From Minisyncoccota bacterium (GTDB lineage Bacteria > Patescibacteriota > Minisyncoccia > Phycocordibacterales > UBA6065), in NCBI GenBank assembly GCA_036565605.1, contig DATCXV010000009.1:4977-68976 (forward strand): a stretch of DNA of 64,000 bases. The letters run 5' to 3'. Below, piece by piece: positions 1 through 8,529 of this stretch (positions are counted from its first letter, which is position 1; each line of letters starts with the position of its first letter). The position numbers were made by a program, and so were the translations under genes. The notes beneath the pieces are model-generated. The model did not search any database. It worked only from the letters and a program-made list of their open reading frames with translations, and was not told the DNA's origin.

Positions 1-285
1 GTTGATGTCACGTTCCTAGCAAAAAGGAAGACGACGGCCCAAGAGGTGAATCAGATATTGCGCGATGCGGCCAATGATCCGCGCTGGAAGGGTATCTTTG
101 CTGTTACTGATGAACCGCTTGTCTCGTCTGATATCAAAGGCAATCCGCACGCCTCGATCGCCGACCTTGAAATGACTCGCGTCGTCGATGGTGATCTGGT
201 CAAAGTGCTTTCGTGGTACGACAATGAGATGGGGTATACGCATACTCTCGTTCAGCACGTAATTAAAGCCGGTCAGAACTTATAA
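1..285 (+). CDS. gap: Glyceraldehyde-3-phosphate dehydrogenase, C-terminal part (starts before window)
   Basis: Frame open from base 1; EPLVSSDI and VKVLSWYDNEMGY are GAPDH C-terminal signatures. Confidence 0.95.
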   Translation, partial: VDVTFLAKRKTTAQEVNQILRDAANDPRWKGIFAVTDEPLVSSDIKGNPHASIADLEMTRVVDGDLVKVLSWYDNEMGYTHTLVQHVIKAGQNL

Positions 286-288
286 TAA

Positions 289-711
289 GTGACACAAGAT
301 TTCTCTAAAAAAATGACAATCGTATTGCGAGAAGATTTAGCTTCTTGGCAACTTACAAATACGATTGGACATATTGCGGCTTATCTTGGAAACAAGATGG
401 AGGAGCCGTTCGATACTGGAGAAAACTTTGTCACTAAAGATAATCTGGCTATCCCAAGAAATTCTCAATTCGCAATTGTTGCCCTAAAAGCTTCAAATGA
501 AGAATTAAAGAATTTAAGTGGTCAGCTTCGTAACTCAGTATTGTCCTGGATAGTGTATGTTCAAGAAATGATCGACATGATTGATGATAAAGAACTTGCA
601 AGGTCATTAAGTCAGATCGAATCAGATAAATTGAATATACTCGGAATAGGACTCTTTGGTTCGAAAGACGAACTAAAGAAAATTACTGGTAACCTGAAGT
701 TATGGAAATAA
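289..711 (+). CDS. DUF2000-like protein (peptidyl-tRNA hydrolase II-like fold)
   Basis: 140-aa AT-rich ORF; IVLREDLASWQLTNTIGHIA...GIGLFG.KDELKKITGNLKL resembles DUF2000. Confidence 0.65.
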   Translation: MTQDFSKKMTIVLREDLASWQLTNTIGHIAAYLGNKMEEPFDTGENFVTKDNLAIPRNSQFAIVALKASNEELKNLSGQLRNSVLSWIVYVQEMIDMIDDKELARSLSQIESDKLNILGIGLFGSKDELKKITGNLKLWK

Positions 712-734
712 CGTGGAACGAAAACTAACTAAGT

Positions 735-785
735 TATACGCATACGTTAGCCCAACACGTCATCAAAGCAGCAAAGGAACTCTAA
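735..785 (+). repeat. Diverged duplicate of the last 17 codons of gap (copy of 235-285)
   Basis: YTHTLAQHVIKAAKEL* vs gap YTHTLVQHVIKAGQNL*; identical 11-bp core TATACGCATAC at 235 and 735. Confidence 0.9.
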
Positions 786-813
786 TTCGTCTCTCAACAA
801 AGCTTCCGCAACG

Positions 814-840
814 AACACCGGACATTTTTCCGGTGTTTTT
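814..840 (+). terminator. Intrinsic terminator behind the orphan gap 3' end
   Basis: AACACCGGA / TCCGGTGTT stem running into a T tract. Confidence 0.75.
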
Positions 841-852
841 GCTAGGTTGGCA

Positions 853-1354
853 AACCCCGGTTCACCTTCGTTAGGATACCAACCTATTTTTCTGCCCAAA
901 ATGGAGAAAAGATTTCTGCTAATATTGGTTACATGATTAAGAACCATCTGCGCTTGCACGAGGTCTTTATAAATTCACTGGAGGGAAATTAGGAATTCAC
1001 GTATATCTAAATGATTTCACAGAATTTCTTCTAAAGAGAAAATCTAACTGGTTGCTTTTTCTAGGAACGAAGGATCGGGAAGAAAGAATCAAAACAATTG
1101 GTGATTTAACAGAACAGTTTAAACAGGAAGCAGTATTTGGGAGGACTGACGGTTTTGATCCCAGAATCAACGGCTATTCGATGCAGATATGGCTCGATTA
1201 TCGTGGATGGGAAGTGTACTCATTCACATCCCTGATTTTTAAAAACATGGATATCCTCATTGGTACCGCACTAACCTTCATTGGATTTGTTGGAGGCATG
1301 ATTTTACCAAAAATTGGAAGCCATCTTTGGTCATTGCTACAGGCAAAGTGGTAG
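853..1354 (+). pseudogene. Probable frameshifted, 5'-truncated membrane protein gene
   Basis: Frame of ORF 1052-1354 is open from 941 without a start; adjacent frame reads KPRFTF...IGYMIK into it; C-terminal hydrophobic helix. Confidence 0.4.
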
Positions 1355-1642
1355 AGCACATCCGACACAACACTGGCCTTGTTGTCAAGGTTTGTACAGG
1401 AGTACACTTAACTTACCTAAAGCAAAAGGCTTTCGGGTGGACAAATCAGTGGCGGAACAATTTATTAACTGTTGGAAAGGCTCAAAGACTCTTGGGACAG
1501 CTAGTAAGTCGTTCTGACTTGCTGGTTTGTCCCAAGAGCCTTTTCTTAAACTAGGCGTAGGGGTAGCGTCGGGTCAGGTCTTCCTATATGCAACACTTGG
1601 CATGTAGCCAGAAATTAAGAATAGGCAGGTGTAGATGAAATC

Positions 1643-2440
1643 GTGGGAGCGGAAGAGTATTATTTGTATATAGATGATTCAGGCACAAGACAACCTGATA
1701 CTAATGACCCTGCTTCTGTGGGGCCGACGAATTATTTCGCATTGGGTGGAGTGTTAATCAAAAAAGGAGATCGTGACACTGTGGCTCAGAAATTTAATCA
1801 GTTTTGCAGTAAATGGAATATCACATATCCTCTCCACTCTACTGACATAAGAAATCGAAAAAAGAATTTCAGGTGGGTAAAGGGAGAAAAAGGTAAAGTG
1901 TTTCTTAAGGATCTGTCAGATTTTCTTGTCGATATACCAGTGATTGGTTTTGCTGCTGTGATACACAGAGATGGATACAATAAAAGGTATCAACCACTCT
2001 ATGGAAAAAATAGGTGGCATTTGTGTAAAACTGTATATTCAATATTGATTGAGAGAGCCTGTAAGTATATTGGTTCTGATTCGAACCTTAGAATAAGATT
2101 TGAAGAATGTGGTACGAAAGAGCAGGAGAATATTGAAAACTATACAAAGGATTTGGTAAATAGCGGCATGCCTTTTGATCCTAATACCTCGAGTTCTTAT
2201 TCATCACTTACATCTGACGATTTCAGGAAAATAATAAAAGGGAAACCTGAGCGTAAAAAGAAAGTCAGTACTTATATGCAGATCGCAGATCTTTATCTGT
2301 ATCCTATGGTTAGGAGGAAACGAGACCCGGGTTACTATTTATGGCAAATTCTTTTTAAGAACAAAAAAATTATTGATGCCTTAATACCATCTAATCTTTG
2401 GCGTCAACTTGGTATTAAATATAGTTGTTTTGATATATAA
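1643..2440 (+). CDS. DUF3800-family protein (predicted RNase H-like fold)
   Basis: N-terminal YLYIDDSG, FALGGV, LHSTDIR and C-terminal QIADL motifs. Confidence 0.85.
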   Translation: MGAEEYYLYIDDSGTRQPDTNDPASVGPTNYFALGGVLIKKGDRDTVAQKFNQFCSKWNITYPLHSTDIRNRKKNFRWVKGEKGKVFLKDLSDFLVDIPVIGFAAVIHRDGYNKRYQPLYGKNRWHLCKTVYSILIERACKYIGSDSNLRIRFEECGTKEQENIENYTKDLVNSGMPFDPNTSSSYSSLTSDDFRKIIKGKPERKKKVSTYMQIADLYLYPMVRRKRDPGYYLWQILFKNKKIIDALIPSNLWRQLGIKYSCFDI

Positions 2441-2470
2441 AACAAAAGGCCCCTGGAGGGGCTTTTTTGT
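2441..2470. terminator. Bidirectional intrinsic terminator
   Basis: AAAAGGCCCC-TGGA-GGGGCTTTTTT. Confidence 0.8.
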
Positions 2471-2507
2471 CGGCTCACGTTGGCGAACCCGGGGCTTACG
2501 CCCATGT
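2441..2507 (-). ncRNA. Candidate ~65-nt structured small RNA convergent with the DUF3800 gene
   Basis: Own promoter; GGGC-GUAA-GCCC hairpin, second hairpin, GCCCC-UCCA-GGGGC terminator; no ORF. Confidence 0.6.
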
Positions 2508-2512
2508 AATTA

Positions 2513-2541
2513 ATACTACCATAAAACACCGCCAGTTGCAA
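2513..2541 (-). promoter_or_regulatory. Sigma70 promoter of the small RNA
   Basis: TTGCAA-17 nt-TAGTAT with extended -10 TG. Confidence 0.65.
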
Positions 2542-2740
2542 GTTATACAATAAATAACAGGCTGTTTCAAATCACATTTATTTTAGCCCTATTTTAGATA
2601 TTTTGTTCAAGATTTATTTAAATTAAGATTAATTTATCCACATGTATAATAAGCTTTCACCTCCAAAGTATTAAGAAGTTCCACATATTTCGATTTTTGT
2701 TACATACTAACTATAAGTGCTGGAAAATTAATTTAAAAAT

Positions 2741-2902
2741 ATGAATTGTCCAAAATGTAAAAAAGAAATGATTGTGAAGAACAAAGATGTTAGTCACAAC
2801 GACAAAGATGGTAAAAAGTATGACCGAACATTGTACTGGTGTAATGCGGATGATATCTGGATCAACGTCGAAACTCCAAAAGAAAAAACTCTGGCACAGT
2901 AA
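2741..2902 (+). CDS. 53-aa zinc-ribbon-like small protein (not in ORF track)
   Basis: MNCPKCKKEM...LYWCNADDIWINVETP...; followed by palindromic terminator ~2920-2956. Confidence 0.65.
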   Translation: MNCPKCKKEMIVKNKDVSHNDKDGKKYDRTLYWCNADDIWINVETPKEKTLAQ

Positions 2903-2958
2903 TCTGGAAAAATCAGGAAAAATCGCCGATCGATAGAATCTATCGATCGGCGATTTGA

Positions 2959-3267
2959 TTATCGGCGTTTTCCGGCGCCGTACGAGCCCGAGACACGGCG
3001 ATGCATACAATCGCCAGCTCGTGCCTGTGCGCGATAACGTTCCTCTGCGGATCGTCGTAACGTTTCGAACTCGCTCCCAAGATGTGCTTTGGCAACAGCG
3101 ACATCGAAGTGATCTTCGAGCAGAAGTCCTGCGGCAACCTGATCAAGGGTGCGCAATGCGTCTTCTCTGGTGATCTTTTTTGCCCAAGCAGTTGCGAGGA
3201 GCGCTCGCGCTGTCTGTCGACTCAGTTTTGTTCCTGGCGGGGGTTGGGTGGGGGTACTGGAGTACAT
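2959..3267 (-). CDS. Hypothetical protein
   Basis: Helical-looking ORF ending at the palindromic terminator; start MYSS chosen. Confidence 0.5.
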   Translation of the reverse strand: MYSSTPTQPPPGTKLSRQTARALLATAWAKKITREDALRTLDQVAAGLLLEDHFDVAVAKAHLGSEFETLRRSAEERYRAQARAGDCMHRRVSGSYGAGKRR

Positions 3268-3344
3268 GCTGATCACATTAAACACCTCTGTGTATATAGT
3301 GTCAAGTAATGGGAAAAGCCCGTGGCGCTGATATAATTCTTTAT

Positions 3345-3797
3345 ATGAAGATATTCATTTCCTCAGATCATGCAGGGTTCGAGCTTAAGAAGTACCTTGT
3401 AGAAAGGCTTTCATTAGCTGGGCATGATGTTCGTGATCTTGGTCCGAAGGAATTTAAGGCAGATGACGATTATCCTGATTATGTGTCACTGGTGGGAAAA
3501 GAAGTTTCGCATAATCCATCGGGTGTGCGTGGTATTGTTATAGGGGGTTCGGGGCAGGGCGAAGCGATTTGCGCCAACAAATTTTATGGCGTGCGCGCGG
3601 CTTTGTATTATGGAGGCAACATGGATATCATACGGCTCTCGCGCGAACATAACGACGCAAATGTATTGTCTCTGGGTGCGCGCTTTCTTGCGCCTACTGA
3701 TGCGCTGAATGCTGTAACGGTGTGGCTTTCTACACCGTTTTCTAGCGACGAGCGCCACAGGCGTCGTATTCAGAAGCTTTTTCTCTCCGGCAAATAA
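3345..3797 (+). CDS. rpiB: Ribose-5-phosphate isomerase B
   Basis: SDHAG, DDYPD, GGSGQGEAICANK, REHNDANVL, RHRRRI; TATAAT 7 nt before ATG 3345. Confidence 0.95.
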   Translation: MKIFISSDHAGFELKKYLVERLSLAGHDVRDLGPKEFKADDDYPDYVSLVGKEVSHNPSGVRGIVIGGSGQGEAICANKFYGVRAALYYGGNMDIIRLSREHNDANVLSLGARFLAPTDALNAVTVWLSTPFSSDERHRRRIQKLFLSGK

Positions 3798-3803
3798 TTT
3801 GTT

Positions 3804-4574
3804 ATGAAAAGTGTCAGGGGATTCACGCTCATAGAACTTCTGGTGGTCATTTCGATCATCTCGCTTCTTGCTTCGATTGTTATGTCATCGGTAAATGCTG
3901 CCCGAGAAAAAGCGCGTATCGCCGCTGGCAAGCAGTTCGAGGCAAATATGCAACATGCCTATGGTGCAAATGCTCTTGGCGTATGGCTTTTTAATGAAGG
4001 GTCGGGTACAGCAGCTGCGGATACTTCAGGTAATTCATTCAATGGTTCTTTGAGCGGCAGTCCTACCTGGGTGCCGGGCATGGATGGTACAGCTCTTCGA
4101 TTTAATGGTTCAAACTCGGCGGTGATGCCTGATATCCGTTCGAGAACGGACTTGGTGGGAGGCTTTGATAGCGGTAAAATCTTATTTATGGCATGGATAC
4201 AGCCGACCGCGTATACTTCTGGCGCTTACAGTTGTTTTGCAAATGGCTTTCCGGGCTTCTTATATTTCTGTGTGAATCCATCAAGGCAACTTCAGCTTAT
4301 GGTAAATGCGCCAGGGCAGGGTAACGGTAATTATTGGCCTGCATCAAGCGGCACGATTCCGCTTAACAAATGGACCCATGTGGCGTTCCTCCTTGAAGGT
4401 GGCGTAGGTTACAAATTTTATATTGACGGCAAGCTCGACAAATCGGTGTCGGAGCCACTTATTAGAGTAGCGAATATGGGAGGAAACCAGACTGGAATTG
4501 GTAGCTCGTGGACTAGTGGCGAGTGGTTTGTTGGCGACGTCGATTCGGTCCGCGCTTATTATTCTACAATTTGA
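3804..4574 (+). CDS. Type IV pilin-like protein with C-terminal LamG/concanavalin-like domain
   Basis: GFTLIELLVVISII prepilin motif; W.FNEGSGT.A.DTSG, WTHVA, F.GDVD.VR.Y LamG-like motifs. Confidence 0.85.
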   Translation: MKSVRGFTLIELLVVISIISLLASIVMSSVNAAREKARIAAGKQFEANMQHAYGANALGVWLFNEGSGTAAADTSGNSFNGSLSGSPTWVPGMDGTALRFNGSNSAVMPDIRSRTDLVGGFDSGKILFMAWIQPTAYTSGAYSCFANGFPGFLYFCVNPSRQLQLMVNAPGQGNGNYWPASSGTIPLNKWTHVAFLLEGGVGYKFYIDGKLDKSVSEPLIRVANMGGNQTGIGSSWTSGEWFVGDVDSVRAYYSTI

Positions 4575-4579
4575 TGATC

Positions 4580-5098
4580 ATGTATTCGTCTGCGCGTCGC
4601 GGCTTCACGCTCATAGAACTTCTGGTGGTCATCTCGATCATTGCGCTGCTATCGTCGATTGTTATGGCGACCATCAATACAGCTCGCGTGCGTGCGCGCG
4701 ACGCGAAACGGCAAAGGGACATGCACGAAATATTTACTGCACTTCAGTTCTATTATGATCGCTATGGCTGTCTTCCAACGCCGGGTTCTTCGGCATGCAA
4801 TGGCACCACTGCTGCATCAGAGGCTGGCGGATGGGATTACAGTTCACAGGGAGGAGGCTTTCTTCCGTGGCTTGAGACAGCGGGACTTATGAGCAAAGTA
4901 TCAGTTGATCCGACAAACAATATGACGGGTGACGCTACACCGTCAGGCACATTTGCCTATCGCTATTATTGTTATCCCAGCGGGGGATCATACAGCGGCC
5001 TTCATTTGGGCTATTGGTCCGAACGTACCGGATCCTATGTTATGAAGAGCATCCCGAACAGTGGTAATTGGGCCGATAGCAGTTTTACCTGTAAATAA
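4580..5098 (+). CDS. Type IV pilin / GspG-like pseudopilin
   Basis: RGFTLIELLVVISII, ARDAKR..D, ALQFYY, VDP.N. Confidence 0.85.
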   Translation: MYSSARRGFTLIELLVVISIIALLSSIVMATINTARVRARDAKRQRDMHEIFTALQFYYDRYGCLPTPGSSACNGTTAASEAGGWDYSSQGGGFLPWLETAGLMSKVSVDPTNNMTGDATPSGTFAYRYYCYPSGGSYSGLHLGYWSERTGSYVMKSIPNSGNWADSSFTCK

Positions 5099-5099
5099 C

Positions 5100-5813
5100 A
5101 TGAACAAAGAGATTATCCCTGCGATATTGCCGAAATCCTATGACGAGCTTACGGAGAAGCTCGACATTGTTGCTGGACACTCCCCGACAGTACAGATTGA
5201 TGTGTGTGACGGTTTTTTCGTACCTAACCGCACCTGGCCGTATTTGAAGGGAACGCAGTCCGAAAGCGATCAGATTTTTTCTTCGATCGTCGAGCAGGAA
5301 AGCGCTTTGCCGCACTGGGAAGAGATTGATTTCGAGTTCGACCTTATGATTCGAGGAGCATACGAGAAGATTCCTGATTTCATCGCCGCGGGTGCGTCGC
5401 GCGTGGTGGTGCACAGGGCTTCTCTCGATGCTGAAGAACTTTCGGCTATTGTTCGCGATTATGGTCGCACGTCTGGCGAAGTTGGCATGTTCGATGTTGA
5501 ACTGGGCATAGCGCTTGCACCCGGTGACAATGCTGCGGATATTGCTTCGATTGCTTCAGACATTCATTTCGTACAGGTGATGGGTATTGCAAAAGTTGGC
5601 TTTCAAGGACAGCCTTTCGACAGCCGTGCAATCGAGCTTGTCCGTTCTCTTAAAGCCACCTATCCGCACCTGCCGGTTTCGGTTGATGGTGGTGTCTCGC
5701 TTGAAACAGCATCGGAATTAGTTGACGCAGGAGCAGATCGCTTGGTTGTGGGCAGTGCCCTGTTTAACGCTTCCGATTTCCTTGCTACACTAGAGGAATT
5801 GAAAGCTCTCTAG
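5100..5813 (+). CDS. rpe: Ribulose-phosphate 3-epimerase family protein
   Basis: IIPAIL, QIDVCDGFFVPN.T, VMG...GFQGQPF, VDGGV, VVGSALF. Confidence 0.9.
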   Translation: MNKEIIPAILPKSYDELTEKLDIVAGHSPTVQIDVCDGFFVPNRTWPYLKGTQSESDQIFSSIVEQESALPHWEEIDFEFDLMIRGAYEKIPDFIAAGASRVVVHRASLDAEELSAIVRDYGRTSGEVGMFDVELGIALAPGDNAADIASIASDIHFVQVMGIAKVGFQGQPFDSRAIELVRSLKATYPHLPVSVDGGVSLETASELVDAGADRLVVGSALFNASDFLATLEELKAL

Positions 5814-5814
5814 C

Positions 5815-6708
5815 ATGGCCCTCTCCGCACAAAAAATAAAAGAGATCGAGATCAAAGCGAACGACATTCGTCAGTCGCTCATTGAAATGCTCATTGAAGC
5901 AAAGTCGGGTCATACGGCCGGGCCCTTGGGCATGGCTGATGTCTTTGCCACGCTTTATTTCCACACCCTTAAGCATGATCCCAAAAAACCAAGCTGGCCC
6001 GGCCGCGATCGACTGGTCTTGTCGAACGGTCATATTGCGCCGGTCTTGTATTCCACGATGGCCCATGCCGGATATTTTCCGATCGAAGAATTGAAGACGT
6101 TGCGTAAATTTGGTTCGCGTCTTCAGGGTCATCCGCATCGCGAATATCTGCCGATGCTCGAGACCTCGTCGGGTCCTTTGGGCTGCGGACTGTCGCAGGC
6201 CGTGGGTATGGCCATTGCTGACCGCATTGATAACGGCAAGGGAAGCCAGCGCCGCATCTATTGTTTGATGTCCGACGGCGAACACGATGAAGGCAATACC
6301 TGGGAAGCGATCATGCTGGCAGGCAAAGAGCGCTTGCGCAATCTGGTCGCCGTTATCGATCGCAACAATATTCAGATCGACGGCGATACTGAAGACGTGA
6401 TGCCTTTGGAGCCGTTCGTAAATAAATACATTTCGTTTGGCTGGCATGTGATCGAAGTGGATGGGCACAATATTCGCGAAGTCGCCGATGCATTTGAAGC
6501 TGCTCGTGGTATTGAAAACAAGCCGGTCTGCATCATGGCTCACACGATTCCAGGCAAAGGTGTGCCTGAATTCGAATATGATTACCGCTGGCATGGTAAT
6601 CCGCCAGGCGCTGGACCTGAGGACAAGATTCCGAAAGCAAAACAAGGCGAGGTGGCCTTAAAAGAATTACGAACGCTTGGCAGAAAGATCAAAAGCGAGC
6701 ATGAGTAA
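5815..6708 (+). CDS. tkt: Transketolase, N-terminal (TPP-binding) subunit
   Basis: SGH, DRLVLSNGH, LQGHP, SDGEHDEG..WEA, DGHN, T.PGKG. Confidence 0.95.
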   Translation: MALSAQKIKEIEIKANDIRQSLIEMLIEAKSGHTAGPLGMADVFATLYFHTLKHDPKKPSWPGRDRLVLSNGHIAPVLYSTMAHAGYFPIEELKTLRKFGSRLQGHPHREYLPMLETSSGPLGCGLSQAVGMAIADRIDNGKGSQRRIYCLMSDGEHDEGNTWEAIMLAGKERLRNLVAVIDRNNIQIDGDTEDVMPLEPFVNKYISFGWHVIEVDGHNIREVADAFEAARGIENKPVCIMAHTIPGKGVPEFEYDYRWHGNPPGAGPEDKIPKAKQGEVALKELRTLGRKIKSEHE

Positions 6709-6733
6709 CTCTGAGATTTGCTAAAATACTTCT

Positions 6734-6865
6734 ATGAATCAGATCTTTGCTGCGATTGTTGGTCTGGTTATCATTGTTATCGCTTGGAAGCTACTTAAAG
6801 GTGTGCTGAAATTCGCTATTATCATCGCCGTCGTCGCGGCTGCGGCATATTTTTTCCTCAGATGA
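6734..6865 (+). CDS. 43-aa hydrophobic membrane microprotein (not in ORF track)
   Basis: MNQIFAAIVGLVIIVIAWKLLKGVLKFAIIIAVVAAAAYFFLR*; TAAAAT 6 nt upstream; ATGA overlap with next gene. Confidence 0.75.
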   Translation: MNQIFAAIVGLVIIVIAWKLLKGVLKFAIIIAVVAAAAYFFLR

Positions 6866-7860
6866 TCATTCCTTCTCAAAAACTCAATCCAAAAATCTTC
6901 GACAAGGATGTCGAACAGGTTCCGATCCGTAAAGGATTTGGCGAGGGCTTGCTTGCAGCAGGAGAGAAAGACAAAAATGTAGTCGGACTATGCGCAGACC
7001 TGACCGAATCGACACAAATGCATTTGTTCAAAGAGAAATTTCCCGAACGATTCATTGAAATCGGTGTTGCGGAACAAAATTTGGCGACAGTGGCTTCTGG
7101 TATGGCTGCGATGGGCAAGTTGCCGTTCATTTCTTCGTACGCCATGTTTTCACCGGGTCGTTCTTGGGAACAGATCCGTACGACCGTTGCTTATAATGAT
7201 CGACCGGTCATTGTTGTTGGATCACATGCGGGAGTCTCTGTTGGCCCCGATGGTGGCACGCACCAGGCTATCGAGGATATCGCTTTGATGCGCGTCATGC
7301 CCAATATGATCGTTGTATCACCATGCGATTCGATTGAAGCGAAGAAAGCGACGCTTGCTCTGGCTGCTTTGAGGAAGCCGGCATACTTACGCTTGGCTCG
7401 TGATAAGACGCCGGTTGTAACTACCAAGGATACGCCCTTCGAGATCGGCAAGGCTCGAGTTTTTTTCGAGCCGATCGCCGGCAATCCTGACGTCACCATC
7501 ATTGCTACGGGATCGCTTGTCCATAATGCTTTGGTCGCTGCACGCGAGCTTGAAAAAGAAAAAGTGGGCGTGACCGTCATTCACGTGGCTACAATCAAGC
7601 CGCTTGATGGTGAGACCATACTGCGAGCAACCAAAGCTTCCGGTGCCGTTGTGACCGTTGAAGAGCACCAGATTGCGGGCGGTATGGGCTCGGCGGTCTC
7701 TGAATTTCTGTCCGAACATCATCCGGTGCCTGTTGTGCGCGTCGGCGTTCATGACCTCTTTGGTCAATCTGGCACACCAGCCGAATTGGTAGAGCATTAC
7801 GGCATGGGTGTCTCACACATAAAAGAAGCAGCAAAAAAGGCCATTCGCATGAAGCGATAA
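6862..7860 (+). CDS. tkt: Transketolase, C-terminal subunit
   Basis: ADL..ST, GVAEQN, GPDGGTHQ, TVEEH. Confidence 0.95.
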   Translation: MIIPSQKLNPKIFDKDVEQVPIRKGFGEGLLAAGEKDKNVVGLCADLTESTQMHLFKEKFPERFIEIGVAEQNLATVASGMAAMGKLPFISSYAMFSPGRSWEQIRTTVAYNDRPVIVVGSHAGVSVGPDGGTHQAIEDIALMRVMPNMIVVSPCDSIEAKKATLALAALRKPAYLRLARDKTPVVTTKDTPFEIGKARVFFEPIAGNPDVTIIATGSLVHNALVAARELEKEKVGVTVIHVATIKPLDGETILRATKASGAVVTVEEHQIAGGMGSAVSEFLSEHHPVPVVRVGVHDLFGQSGTPAELVEHYGMGVSHIKEAAKKAIRMKR

Positions 7861-7875
7861 GGTTTTCTTGCGAGG

Positions 7876-8508
7876 CTAAACAATGATTTCTTGTCTGCGG
7901 CTTTCCAGGGCGTTGCGGATTGTTTCGGTATCAGAATATTCAAGTTCGGTACCGGTAGAAAGTCCGCGACCAAGGATGGTCACCTTCAGGCGGTGATCTT
8001 TGACCAATGAAGCAATCAAACCTTCGACATATTCGCGGGTATGTTCGCCTTCGCTGTTTAGCGACAGGGCCAAAATGATTTCCTTCAAACCACTTTGAAT
8101 ACGACGGGTCACGGTCTCGATCAATTCTTGCGAGCGGAGCTTTGAGTCCGGGTCTTTATCAATAAGAGAAAGCGTATTGCCAAGGACGAAATAGTATCCG
8201 CCGTACACTTTGCTTTTTTCGATGGCGTCCAAGTCAACATCCTTGGCCACGATCATCAATGCAGAAGTGTCCCGGGATGAATCTGCACAGACAGAACAAA
8301 GACTCGCATTCGAATTGCGGTGATCGAAAAAACGGAAGCACGACGTACAGACCGAGACGCGTGAAGCAAGTTCGGTGATTTCTTTGGAAAGCGATTGGCG
8401 ATAACCTTCGGATGTTGCTAGAAGGAAATAGACGAACCGCTTGGCCTGACGCGGCCCGATGCCTGGAAATTGGCGGAAGAGCTCGTGAAGACGATTAAGG
8501 TGGTCCAT
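7876..8508 (-). CDS. recR: Recombination mediator RecR
   Basis: PGIGPRQAKR HhH, C4 zinc finger, Toprim, GTELEYSD. Confidence 0.95.
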   Translation of the reverse strand: MDHLNRLHELFRQFPGIGPRQAKRFVYFLLATSEGYRQSLSKEITELASRVSVCTSCFRFFDHRNSNASLCSVCADSSRDTSALMIVAKDVDLDAIEKSKVYGGYYFVLGNTLSLIDKDPDSKLRSQELIETVTRRIQSGLKEIILALSLNSEGEHTREYVEGLIASLVKDHRLKVTILGRGLSTGTELEYSDTETIRNALESRRQEIIV

Positions 8509-8529
8509 ATCGGAGCTATTGTATCAAAC

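Noticed and set aside
723-752. CTAAC...GTTAG inverted repeat resembling an integron attC
   Set aside because: Too short, single copy, no L boxes, and no integron integrase recognised
5785-6645. 286-aa minus-strand ORF and many similar antisense ORFs in the track
   Set aside because: Fully overlap well-supported genes on the other strand
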